Assembly (NCBI GenBank): GCA_951406725.2
Contig: OX597815.1
Location: 24,614,001 to 24,678,000, forward strand
Direction: 5' to 3'
Length of the DNA stretch: 64,000 nt
DNA from: Octopus vulgaris
Lineage: Eukaryota
The notes beneath the pieces were generated by a model, which searched no databases, was not told where the DNA came from, and saw only the letters and a list, made by a program, of their open reading frames with translations. A program made the translations under genes and the position numbers. Positions 51,101-64,000 of the stretch are shown one piece after another (position 1 is the stretch's first letter; every line of letters begins with the position of its first letter).

Positions 51101-53944
51101 TGGCCCTAAATAGGAAAACTTATCATTGGAATGCAATTTTTGCTATGTTATGAATATGAGATCAGCAGGAATGCTCATTTATGATTGTTGGGGGTCGAGT
51201 ATTTGTAGGAATTTTGAGAGTTTTAATTTTATGCTGTCCAGGAGTGAGATAGAAGGGTTTTTATCCCTTGATATGCACATATTGTAGCTTTGTTGAAAGA
51301 GTTATGATGGTTATGTCCTGTGGAAAATGTCTTAAATTTTGTTTATAAAGCCAGTGCAAGTTTAATGTGAGGTGTATAGAAAGTATTGGATCACAGCTAT
51401 AAGAGGATGGTTATGGAGTTACCATTGTTGAAGGTGACAACAAGATAGAGAGAGAGATAGAATGTGTGGGTAATGTAATCAAACCTTGGGACACAAAATT
51501 TATAGAATTTGGGTTGGAGAGAGCTCAATCAGCACACACTGTAATAGTGTGATCGGAATGGAAGTTTCTGACCCACAAGATAAGAGATTGATAGAGCCTA
51601 TATGAGGGAAGCTTAGCAAGGAGATTCATGTAACAGACACAGTCAATTTCTTTGCTTACATCGAGTAACAACCTTGTATAAGAGACTTCTAGTAAGAGAT
51701 CAGATCTGACTCTACAAAAGTCAGACTTGTAGTCACTAAGAAAGAAGAGAGACTCAGAGTATTAATGACTGACTCTATCCTTTTGAGATGTTGGAAATGA
51801 GTGAAAAGCCAATAGTCAGCAGGGTCAATGAGGTTTTTTTTTTATTGGAGATCAGACACACCGTAGTATGTTTCTCAAGATCAAGATAGGTTTCTATAAA
51901 GAGAGAGGTAGACTTAAGGATACGGATAAGAACTAACTCTAGGGTGGACTGTCTGGTGACAATATAAGGAACATTGTCACAACCAATGGTTTTATTCATT
52001 TGAAGTAAAGGTATTTTTGTATATGACATTATTGTGTACACAGTGGAGAGAGATGTGGAGTGGAGAGGGAAGCAATGTGGAGTTGAATCAACAAGTATGA
52101 AAGTTCTCACATTCAATCCCACATTGCTTGCTCTGTAGAGCTACAAATTACAGAGCCCCCATGACTGAGGAGTGATAGGTTGGAGCATTCTGCATAACTA
52201 GTAAATTGTGGTATGAGTTAAAGACATCCAGTTGAAAGAGATGAATGCCTGTTTTGGTGTTGGTGGTGGTGTATTGTTTAGTTACACTCATTGCTTCTGC
52301 AGTTGCAGCAGTTATGTGTGAACCACTTAGGAGATTTAGACCCTATTAAGTATGTTGTGTGAAGGATGTGAAGGAACATGCTTAAGAAGAGGGTTTCAGT
52401 CTTGTTAGTTGTCTGTGTATTTGTAAATATCTTTTACAATTAAAATCTTCAGTCGTAGAAAAATTATCAAGGAATATCCTGTTTAATTCACATGTCAGTA
52501 CAAATCCTCGTATCAATGGGAGAAAAGAGATGAGATTCTGTGAAATTCATGCCCTTTTCAAAATCCTTTGAGATACTTTAACGGGGTTAAGTACAAAATT
52601 GAAAATGTGGATGCATTGTTTAAAGTTTATAATTAGTTTAAAATAATTATAAAATTTAATCTTGCTTCTTTATGACCAAAGAGAAAATTGAAATAGGATA
52701 CAGATAAATCTCATCTGTAACATCCCTATAAGTAAATAAAAGGACAAAAAGTTTCTTTCTAATATTATTACTGATCTGAAATCAGAGAAGAATTCAAATT
52801 CCCTATATGCTGAACAAAGTATGTAGATCTTATCAATGAATGACTGAATGTTATTCTTTCTCAATTTGGTACCATTGATAGCTTACAATGTTTCAGTGGA
52901 CCTCACTCAGTTTAATAATCATATCTGAAGTAATCCTAGCCTTGTATATCTAAAACCTCTTACCTTTTCTTTTTAATACTTATCTCTTATAACAAATTTC
53001 GTTTTTAATTCACACATGTTTTAGACACAATTCCTCAAATGTTAAAATCTTTATACATAGAAACAACGATCAGAATGATACAAGAGAAGAATTTTTAAAA
53101 CCAGCAGTGATAGCGATGTATCTAACCTTTCACATGTATAATAAATATTACATACATAATGTGATAACTAAAAGCAGCTGTTTGTTTAGAAAAGTGTTTA
53201 TGTATGTGAGTGAGAGGAAGAAAGAGAAAAGATAGATAAGGAGAGAGTGAGAGTGAAAGAAATAAAAAGGGAGAGAGAGAGAAAAATTGGGAAATATATC
53301 TAAGAGAAGGCTATTGCAGCCATTGTTTGAAGGAAAAGTTACAGCAGGCAAAATTAGTTCCATTACATATCAAATTAAACATTACCAGCCATTATAGATA
53401 TAAGTATATAATATATCAGGTGTGTATCTATTAGTGGGCACTAGAATATAAAGACAGAGGCCACATTGAAGTTTATTACTAGGTATAGCTCATGCTACTA
53501 TTAATGTTAATACAGTGTTTTTCAACTTTGTCCCAGTAATGCCTTCTCATGTCCCATAACAGTATCTAAGCATCCCTAATTTATACTTTTGCAACAAGTT
53601 TCAGACATTTGTTTTAACGTTATCAATTTTTCAAATTCTGTTATGTGTCTGTGTAGCAGATTTGAAGATCTTGTGTCATTGCAAGGCCACTATTTGTGGC
53701 CTCCACTGAATATTCCATAGCAACCCAGTTGAAAAACACTGTGTTAATAGTTTAACAGGGCAATATTTTATCAGGGAGCCTTGAATTAAATTCAAAGCCT
53801 TTGATGAAGAGAAACTGAATGACAAGATATTGGTAAAGGTTTCTTCTTGAATAAATGGCATGCAATATTCTTCCATGGGAAAATTAAGCTAAATAAAACA
53901 AGAGATATGAAAGCTAAAGTAAAAACAAACAAAATAAATCAGAC

Positions 53945-53971
53945 CTTTCCATTGGGGAACCTAACTTGTAA
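53945..53971 (-). CDS. candidate 27-nt cassette microexon of Itpr (x-YKLGSPME-R)
   Basis: TCTTGCTTTTTTTGCAG acceptor and AAG|GTCTGA donor; in frame and stop-free in a phase-2 intron; no transcript evidence. Confidence 0.45.
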
Positions 53972-54589
53972 CTGCAAAAAAAGCAAGATTAAAATTGGAA
54001 GGTATACACACATATAATGAAGTTTCAATGTAAAAGACACTGAAGATAAAATCTTTATTATAAACTTTTATTTTGCACAAATGGAGAACTACTTGTCAAA
54101 TTCTTAAATTGTAAAAGGAGGAGGATGGGTCAAAAGAAGGAAACAAATACTTCATTTTAATTTTTCTTGCAAGGATGAATGGAATGGTGCTGTAGCTCTG
54201 GCACACATGAGGAATTTTTATTCTTTTTTAATACAAAATACATTTCTTGATATCAATGTTTGCACACGCAAACGTACACAAACCAAAAACTCATACATAT
54301 ATCACAAGAGTGTAATTTATATAAACATTATTAGTCACACATACACAGCGTATTTTGTTTATGTGCCAATCTGTTGCAGGATAGCATCCTGGGAAAGAGC
54401 CATACATGACACTAAATGTTAAAAAACACTGACTGTCCCAGACTAGCTGAGACAGCTTGCCTATAAACAAAACATACATTGGTGCCTAAACAAAACACAC
54501 ACACTATGTATGTGAAACTGACAATGCTTACATTATTAGAGCTGCTTTTAATTTGAAATTCAATTTTGTTTCACAATTGCTATGCCTTG

Positions 54590-55078
54590 TTTGAATATTT
54601 CAAGTTTGGTCATCAAATCTAAGTAGAGACTTCAAACTTGAAATATTCAAAGCCACAGTCGAACCAATTCTACTATATGGCTCAGAAACCTGGACGTTAT
54701 CAAAGAAGCTTGAGAGGCGGTTGGATGGAACCTACACTCGCCTCCTTATGAGAGCTCAAAATCTCTCGTGGAAGCGCCATCCAACCAAAATGCAAATATA
54801 TGGGAAACTACCACCTGTGTCATCTCTTGTGAAAGGTAGGAGAGTCCAGTTTGCTGGACATTGTTGTAGAGCTGAAACAGAAGTAATTTCTACTCTTCTC
54901 CTCTGGAAGCCATCTACTCGCAATACCAGAGGGAGCACACTCTCCTACCCTGATGTAATCTCCAGGGATACAGGCATCCAGCAACAGGACCTCCGTAATG
55001 CCATGATGGACCGTGAAGTCTGGCGTAGCATGGTAAATTCCATTGTCTCGACCACGGTCGAACAATGATGATGATGAT
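54590..55078 (+). mobile_element. young 5'-truncated RTE-like LINE with (TGA)n tail and 10-bp TSD
   Basis: Stop-free RT C-terminus (IFKATVEPILLYGSETWTL...RRVQFAGHC...MMDREVWR); TSD ATGCCTTGTT at 54582-54591 and 55077-55086. Confidence 0.9.
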
Positions 55079-56239
55079 GCCTTGTTGTTGTTGTTGTTGT
55101 TGTTGTTGTTAAGCAACAAGACAGGTAAGGGTGATTAGGTGATGGTCTAGGGCTTAGGGGTGGGAGACCCGAGACCTTGGAAGAAAAAAAAAACTTTGGT
55201 CATCTTGTTGTAGTCGAGGGCTCTTTGTTGATGTCTGACACCACTGGGAAGTGACCTCTAGGTTGCTGGAAATGGAGATCTCCAGATCCAAATTCTTGAA
55301 TGGCATTGCCATGCCTCGGCACATCAGCAAATAGATTTCACATTATTCGTATATATGCCCCAGACTAGTGATTCATTTCGTTCTGAGGTGTGTTGAGTAC
55401 TTGGTCACTGAAGAGCTACAATAATAGTGAAATATTAATATCGATCATTCTTTCTCATCCCGGGGCAAGTTGTCTTGCCTGGTCTGGGACATTCAGAGTT
55501 CTTAACACCCAGTGTCATGTAGGAGGCTTTCCCAGGATGCTATCCTGTAACAAACTAGCAAATAAACAAAACATATACACTATGTATGTGCAACTGATGA
55601 TGTTTACATTATCAGAGCTGCTTTTAATTCAAAATATAATTCATATGAGTTTTTCATAGTTGCTAATGACCCATCATTAACTTTGAGAGAGGAGACAAAG
55701 CATTCAAACTATTAACCTAAATTAGCATATATGACATGCTGAAGTCGTCATCAGAAGGTTAAATGTGCTGAGTTACAATTTTAATTATAGAAGACTGAAC
55801 ATTAAAAGAATGGGATTCACTATTTAGTAGTTGTAACTGTTACAAGTGAGTTGTGACTAAGGAGTTAGTTCCACTATAAAAAGTTACTGTATGTTACTTC
55901 ATATATATTATGAGGAGCATCAATTTGGAAGGATGTCAGGCTGATAGTAATAAAAAAGTTGTTGGTCAGAGCTATGATCAGCCTTGTGACCAAAGGTATT
56001 TCAACAATAGTCACCCAATTTATTTCATAATGACTAAAGTTGCATTAATCAATCTGTGGTACCTTTTTTAAGATGGTATGGTGTGATTTGAGGGTTATTT
56101 GGTTATATTTTCTAGCAGATTGAATAACAATGTTGAAGCTCTGTTGTTGGTTCATACTAAAAGCCTAATTTGCAGCAAAGTTGAGAGAATTTAGGTGAGT
56201 TGCGTATGCCTACTGTTTGTGATTAGATATATACACACA

Positions 56240-56610
56240 CGAATGCTACATGGTAGTGAGACATGAGCCCTGAATGCAGAGGACATGTGGAGACTAGAGA
56301 GGAATGAAGCTAGTATGCTCTACTGGATGTGCAATGTTAGTGTGCATGTACAACAAAGTGCAAATGTATGGAGAGAAAAGTTAGGCATACGAGGAATCAG
56401 ATGTGAGCAAGAGAGAGAGCTGGTCATGTGATGTATGTGGATGAGGACAGCTGCATAAAGAAGTGCTGATGGCTGAAAATAGAAGGAACTCATGGAAGAG
56501 GGAAAACCAGGAAGATATGGGACAAAGTACTGAAGGCTGAAATGAAGATGCTGAGCCTTATGGATGAGATGACAAAGACTGAGATGATTGGTGTTTTGTG
56601 CACAAAAAGA
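56240..56610 (+). mobile_element. decayed RTE LINE 3' fragment
   Basis: MLHGSET...NEASMLYWMCNV...EKLGIRGIRC, same family as 1990-2520. Confidence 0.75.
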
Positions 56611-59600
56611 TCCATTCATTACTGCAAAATTAATATTCTAAATGTACTTGGTTATGCTTGTACATACAAGGCACTATTCCCTTCCTTCCCTCTCTCTAAA
56701 CAACTCACTTATCAGCTATCATTCCAATATCCTCCCATACATACCATCATGATCCATCTACTTTAGCTCCTTATGTATCCCTATATCTCACTCTCAACTG
56801 CTCCTACTCCTTGCACATAATCCCACTACTTTCTATTCTATTCTCCTTCCTGAGCCAATCTTATGTCTCTCACCTCAACCTTCTTCAGACTGGTATTTCT
56901 CATTATCTACATCACTACACACACACACACACACATAAACATGATGAAAGTTAGGTCAGGTAAGGTTCTTGAAATACTAGAGTGGTGACAAGTAAATGTG
57001 TGCTGTGTGCAAGAAGTAAGATGGAAAGGATCCTCAACCATATTCCTCAAACACAAGACACAGTGACTCAAACTTTTCTGGGTGAGTAATAGTGTCAGTA
57101 GGTGTGGAGTAGGCATAGAGTTAGCCAAGAAATGGATGTGAGGTAGACAGGGTGTACAGCAGAATAAGTAAGATGAGACTACTTATAGATAACTCAACAG
57201 GGTGGTTATTTCTGCATAAGCTCTGCATGCTGAGTTGACAGAAGAATGGAAGGAGACAGCTTCTATGAGAACCTGCAGACTACCTCAACGACAACTGACA
57301 GTGTCTTCATAATCATAGCAAGCAACTTCAGATAAGTTGGCCAACATGCTGATAGCTTCTCTGACATACATAGAGACTAGGGATATGGTTCAAGAAATGA
57401 CATGGGTGTAAGACTCCTGGAAGACTGTGATGCAACAAATTCTACAATTTGAAACACCAGTTTTAAAAAACCAGCCTGGAACCTCATCATTTACCAATCT
57501 GGTGAACACGCAAGTCAGACAAATTTTTTTCTCATCAGGAAACAGGACAGAAGGGCTATTGTAAATGGGAATATATTTTCAGGTGAAGAGTGTACAACAT
57601 AATATAGATTAGTGTCTAGCAACTTCAGAGTCAGCTAGGCTGCCACTGAAATTGAAAATGATACAGAGAAGATACAGAAAATAAAAGATTGCACAATTGG
57701 GAATAGATTTAGAGAAATCCTAATTGATGCAAATGACTAGGAAGAAAAATCTAGATATCTGTAGCATAGATGACAACAGGAAATATCTATGAAACAACCT
57801 GCTCAGAGGTACTGATTAAACACATGGCTGGGGCAATGTTCCAGCACAACTGGAAGTGATATGGTAATGCAGTGATATAGTTGACAGGGTGGTAAAGGCT
57901 AAGAGACAAGATTGAAAAATCTGGAAAGAAGGTGATAATAGGGAGTATTATCAGATAGCGATAAGAATAGCTAGGTGACAGTAATACTGGTGAAAGGGTG
58001 AGGCTGAAAGGAAAAGATTTGCAAATTTAAGTTTGTCTTAGTTTTCTATTATAATTGCATTCACTTCTCGGATGCTTTATAAAAAAATATCAAAATCCAT
58101 CCTAGGACTTGACTGGAGCAATATCTTATTGATTTTGGAAGGATGAAAAGTAAAGATCACCTCAGAGGGATTTGAACACAGAACATAAAAGTCAGTAAAT
58201 AAATATTGCAAGCATTTTATCTAATACTTAAATGATTGTGCCAATCTACAGCCTACTAAGTCCATTCTGCAATTTACATACAAACCTAATATTAATAGCA
58301 AAATTATACTTCTTTTTCAAGTGACAATTTTGTGATTTTGGAAAAGATAACACTTTCTAAGTTATAAACTTCAATATTTTTAGCAACATTCTTTGTAGGA
58401 TTTAGGCCACCATTATGTGACGTCACTTTTTGTTTCTCCAATGAAAATTTAATTGTTGAAATAATTAGAATCAAAAATTGTTAGTTCACCACAACTACTC
58501 CACTAAATCAATAAACTAATGAATATGTTCTGCTTCTTAAAATGAACAAAATAAAATTACGAGGTATTAACATGAACACATATGATGAAAGTACAGACAC
58601 CCAATCCAGTTACAACAAAATGTAATAAAATCAATTTGATTAATTCTATGAAATAGATGAAAAATCATTTTTCCTGAGACAAGAAATTTAAATGTGACCA
58701 AAGACCCAGGGAACATATTAACAGCCTTATATTATAAAATATATTAATATTAAAGATCATTTTCCATACTACTTGGTCTGTTAATTCTTGGGTGTCATCA
58801 CTATAACTTATAAAATTACATGAACAAGTAGAAGATTGTCAACTCCATTATAACTGGATTAGATAGACACCAATCAAGGTACATGGTCCAGAGGTTAGAG
58901 TGAGATCATGGTTTCAATGCCTGGATCAGGCAATGAATTGGTTCTTCAGCAAGGTACTTCAATTCCATTGCTCTAGTTTACTCAGCTGAAATGACTACCA
59001 GCCAAGTGCTGGTACAACCACCTCTCCCTTCAACTGCTACATCCTGAATATTCTGTTGGGTCAATGATGGGAGGTTGAGAAGATATTTGTTCACGGCTAT
59101 ATTGGCACTTGAAACAATTATCAAAAGCATGGTACATGCTACCAAGTCATCCTTGATACTTGTAGTCATAATAGTAGTAGTAGTAACAGTAGTATGGTAA
59201 GGCATTAATTCAATTAGCACATCTAACAATACCTTTATTGAAAGAGTTCATTCATACTTCAAGGATTTTTATTTAAAATAAATAAATACTTGGAAAGCTT
59301 ATCAAAATACACCTTAGAATTAAATCAATTTTTAATTAGCAAATAGATAGACCTCTGGTTATATTGAAAGAAGTACGTTTTTATAAACCATTACAAAATC
59401 AAAAAATAAGTGGTCTAATTTATACAAAACTAGAATTCAATAAATTATGTAAATCAAAATGAATGACAAACAAGGCAATATAGGTGCTTATAGCATAATC
59501 CATGTCTACATAACTACTACCACTCTTCATAAATTCCAGTTCCTTTAATAGTAACAGCTATGTTTCTCTTAAGCTTGTCTATTTTTCATCTTTTTTGCAG

Positions 59601-60769
59601 ATTGTCCACCATGATCCATGCTTGTCTATTACAAATGTATAGCCTACAAACTAAATTCAGATTCAACTTCCATTTGTAGTATTCATCTACTGACATATTA
59701 ACATTTGCTCTGTATTAACTCCACAACTGTGAAGAGGATTACAAGCATGGGGTAAACCTTAGATAAGCCTTCTTCTTCCTTTAATATAGAATAATTAATA
59801 TATTCAGTATTCTATACAAACCATATGTGCAGATAAAAACAATACGAATAGTATAACATTAAACTGGTTAAGAGATCTTTCAACTGCTTTTCCAGTCAAA
59901 CAAGGAAAAACAAGATGTTATGTCAGTTATATACACACATGTTGACATATATAAACGCACACATACACACACACATATATATATACATACATACATACAT
60001 AGACAGGCAAACAGACAGAATATTGCATATGTTGGTGCTGTGAGTAAAGGCAGTAACAAAAGAATGCTTCCACATATTCAGAGGAAACAGAAAGCAGTGT
60101 TGCCTCTCTTCAATAGGATCATGTCTCACAACGCTTTTTCAGTGCTTGTGCTAGCAGATCGGAAGCTTGAAGAAATCTACATTTTGGACATCAGGACTTA
60201 GAAGCCACTAAAATCTACTGGTAACATCCACATCAATAGTTACATTTAAAGGAACTTATGTTAAATGGAAAAGTGGAGACAAAGGCATAAGAACAGGCCC
60301 GGCAGCTTTTGAGTGCTGTATCATCACACTTAAACAACACTTACTGATTTGCAAAAAAAGAAATGAGTATATCATGTATATATATTAACAGCAAAAATAA
60401 TCGAAATCGCTCAAAAATCAATGGAATTTGTAGTTGTGATACTAGTGCCGGTGGCACATAAAAGAGCCATCCGAACGTGGCTGATGCCAGCGCCGCCCTG
60501 ACTGGCCTCCTTGCCGGTGGCACATAAAAAACACCAACCAATTGTGGCTGTTGCCAGCCTCGCCTGGCACCTGTGCCGGTGGCACATAAAAAGCACCCAC
60601 TACACTCACGGAGTGGTTGGCATTAGGAAGGGCATCCATCTGTAGAAACACTGCCAGATCAGACTGGGCCTGGTGCAGCCTTCTGGCTTCCCAGACCCCA
60701 GTCAAACCGTCCAACCCATGCTAGCATGGAAAGCGGACGTTAAACGATGATGATGATAATGATGAAGTT

Positions 60770-61790
60770 AGGTGAAGAACTCTTGGATAAGAAACACTTA
60801 TTGTATCAGAATGTTGTGCATGTTAAAGAATACTGACAACGTTGATAGGAATAGTAATCTGTCCTGGATCTACATTGTATACCATCAAGAAGGCTATGCT
60901 TTTGCTTTCAAAAACAGGAGAAAGAAACACCTATTTCTTTACTACCTTCAAGGGGCTAAACACAGAAGGGACAAACAAGGATAGACAAACGGATTAAATC
61001 GATTATATCGACCACAGTGTGTAACTGGTACTTATGTAATCGACCCCGAAAGGATGAAAGGCAAAGTTGACCTCAGCAGAATTTGAACTCAGAACGTAGC
61101 GACAGACGAAATACTGCTGAGCATTTCGCCCGGCGTGCTAACGTTTCTGCCAGCTTACCGCCTTAACAGGAGAAAGAAAAACCTTTAAACCTCTACATTG
61201 TGACAGAAAATGTTGACTGTGCTATACAAAGGTAGAAGATATCCACTTCATTAGCAGCTGTCCAAAAATATCTGCATTTAGTGACATTGTCACCAAAACA
61301 ATTTGCACTGCTGTCTATAGGAAGAATTGTCTTGATGACTGCACCAATAGTACACCAAAGTTTGAATGTATCCATATCTTTAAAAGTATCACTTTCTACT
61401 AAAAATAGCAACCTAGTGTAAACACAATAGGCCAGATATTGTTTAATAGAGCAAGGAGAAAAAAAAATCATGCACTGTTGTAGAGATCAACTGCCTCTTG
61501 GATATAAATGTCTTGCATAAAATTGTGAAAAAGAAGAACACCTAAGGTGAATTTATGAGAAATTTACATCCCTTATAACCAGGTTACAGATTTTCATTTA
61601 TATCAGTTATCATAGGGGCATTGGGCTATGCAACAACAGATTTGCATGAAGTTCTAGAAGTGTTGGGGTTCTCCAAAAAAAAAGAAGAAAATATAGTGAG
61701 TCACATCCTCTAAATACAATAAATTAGAGGTAAAGTGAAAATTTGTAAAACATTCCAGGATTTACCATTTGAGATTCTTTGGTGACTATA
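60770..61790 (+). mobile_element. R4/Dong-type (restriction-like endonuclease) LINE 3' remnant interrupted by a SINE
   Basis: EGYAFA, CCHC-like DRKC.LC...VEDIH..SSCP, RPDIV...VVEINC, VIIGALG and GKVKICKTF motifs, with frameshifts. Confidence 0.75.
60933..61164 (-). mobile_element. Meta-type SINE nested in the R4-like LINE, ~20-bp TSD
   Basis: TSD AACAGGAGAAAGAAAMACCT on both sides. Confidence 0.85.
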
Positions 61791-62083
61791 TGCACACAGT
61801 CATATGAGCATATGGAATATACACCAAGGCACATTCACACAAATGCATAAAGAGTAATGAAGCACACATACACACACACACACACTTGTGTACTTAAGTG
61901 AAATACACATCTATCACATGAGTGCAACTTTATCCACACATGCACCAACATATATGTATACCAACATATTCATAATCTTGACTTAAACAAAAGAGTTTTG
62001 TCACTTTGTTTGTGATCAGCTTGAATTCTGTAAAGGAAAAAAATCTTTAATATAACTCAATGAATAAAAGGAAGAAATATACA

Positions 62084-62315
62084 TTCCTTTACTGCCCAGA
62101 AGGGGCTAAACATAGAGGAGACAAACAAGGACAGACGAAGGGATTGAGTCGATTATATCGACCCCAGTGCGAAACTGGTACTTTATTTATCGACCCCGAA
62201 AGGATGAAAGGCAAAGTTGACCTCGGAGGAATTTGAACTCAGAACGTAACGACAGACAAAATACAGCTAAGCATTTTGCCTGGCGTGCTAACATGTCTGT
62301 CAGCTTGCCACTTTC
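62084..62315 (-). mobile_element. Meta-type SINE with 18-bp TSD
   Basis: TSD AAAAGGAAGAAATATACA. Confidence 0.85.
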
Positions 62316-64000
62316 AAAAGGAAGAAATATACACACAATCAACCTCAATCTTCTTAGAACACTGCATCTTTGTGGAATAATTCTTGATGAAATTAGTGAG
62401 AGTAATTCAAGAAGTCAGTCAGAAAGAGTTTAAGATGGCTCAAAATTTTGAAGTTAATTTCACTTCACTTAAATACAAATGTAGTTTTTCCAAGAGCACA
62501 AATAGAACTCGACAAAAAGTTATTTGTTAGCTAATTCAGCAAAGATTTCATTTTACATGGAAGGTGACATAGACACAGACACACACATATATATACACAG
62601 ATATATGTTAAGACATGTGCATACAATGAATTTGTGTGTATATATGTGTATGCATTACTGTATTACTAGTACTGAGAAGTTTTTCTATATATGACATAAC
62701 ATGACAACATGTTCTAAAGAAGGAAAGATTGAAGTAGTTGGGATAAGAGAAGAATAAAAACATAATGTAGATATGAATCTATGAGTCAGGCACCCAGACT
62801 GACAGTGTTGATGATCAGATATATATACATATATATATATTAGGAAACTGATTGACAAAGAAACAGAAAAACAACCAGCTAGTCAGATAGACACGAAGAT
62901 AGATAGCACAGATAAATTTTTCATAATTAGTAGTCTACATGTAATAGTATTTTGGAAAAGTTACACATTAAATTAATTAGTAGCTGATGTAGAGTCAATC
63001 AGCAAAAATAGAAGGACACAGTGTTCAATAACTCAACTGGAAAAAACATCTGTGTTTTCTCTTTTTTATATATAAATATAAAATGTTCTACATAATTAAT
63101 CTATTCAGGTCATATTTCACTCCAGACAACAGTGAACCAATTTAAGTGTTGGTTCTCTTTTCTTTCTTTTTGAAACTAACAAGGATAAAAGATAGCAAAT
63201 TATTTTAAAAATTTTAACTCTTTGTGCATATTCTAATAACAGTATTTTCTTACTTCAAAGCTGGTGAAAAAGCTGAAATTGAAATATCTTATTTATGAAT
63301 GTGAGAAATATCTAGTTTATGAATGTGAGAAGTGAAATGTACCAAAGTTAGTGAGAGGGGACTGGTTGTTTATATTGAACTCCAGTACATGACAAGAACT
63401 TTATTTCATCAACCTCATTAAGTATAAAAGGCAAATTTGATCCCTCAGCAAGATCTGAACTTGGAATATAAAGAACTAAAATAAATACTGCAAAGTATTT
63501 TTGTCCTATGCTCAAATGATTTCTCCAGGTCATCACCCTGTGTATATTTACTATGTAATTGACAAACATGGAGTGGATTTGATAGAAAATAGTATGCTAC
63601 ATTAGATTCAACTAGTTGAGTGTCTCAAAATTAAGTTTTTGAGATTAATTATCATTCTCCTCATTCCAAAAACCTAGGTGTAACATATTGGGATTTAGTC
63701 AATTAACAACACATTTGATCCTTTTTTTCAATAAGCAGAACTTGCTCACAGAACAGAAATCACTATACAATTAACATATATGGCAAACACATTACTAACT
63801 GATAATAGAGAACTGGACAATGGATGTTAAATGATGATAATGATGATGGCATAAAATATTACTAAAGTCACACAGTTGGTATAATGAAGTCAGCAATGTG
63901 AATGAGGTGTTTCCTTTGGTTAATGGAACAAGTCAGCGAGTAAAATTTACCTTATGAGGTTCAAGTAAAGAATTTGGTATGTGAAGTACTCAATAGACTT

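Noticed and set aside
58770-58800. Short exon-like DDTQELTDQV
   Set aside because: 28 or 31 nt does not preserve frame in a phase-2 intron, and the acceptor is weak.
141-63569. Most ORFs in the six-frame track (poly-HT, poly-I, poly-M/D, etc.)
   Set aside because: They are translations of microsatellites, repeats or intron read-through from true exons; there is no evidence for a nested gene.
63951-64000. Possible upstream Itpr exon ending AG|GTAAAT
   Set aside because: Its translation does not resemble the expected ELDPTT...DSLVPR segment; the true exon is probably beyond the window.

Overview
AT-rich animal genomic DNA, most likely an octopus or other coleoid cephalopod (inferred from the SINE families and the abundant AT/CA/AAT/ATG microsatellites). 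The whole window lies inside one minus-strand gene, the inositol 1,4,5-trisphosphate receptor (Itpr). I traced 16 GT-AG exons (45066 down to 918; 2,212 nt, about 737 codons) that splice into one continuous frame. They run from the last MIR/beta-trefoil repeat through the IP3-binding alpha domain (RQKLLREQ and YRKNQ intact) into the ARM/RIH regulatory region. The 5' and 3' ends of the gene lie outside the window. The introns hold RTE and R4/Dong-type LINE remnants, tRNA/Meta-type SINEs (several with 15-20 bp TSDs), non-autonomous Helitrons, piggyBac-type MITEs, a mariner relic, a gypsy gag relic and Penelope-like fragments with degenerate hammerhead motifs. The most interesting candidates are: two frame-preserving 27-nt microexons, one in each ~19-kb intron; a ~470-bp long-range inverted duplication bracketing three IP3-binding-core exons; and a three-arm competing inverted repeat around a 312-nt in-frame exon pair. 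All of these are sequence-level predictions that need RNA data. Nearly all ORFs in the supplied track are spurious.
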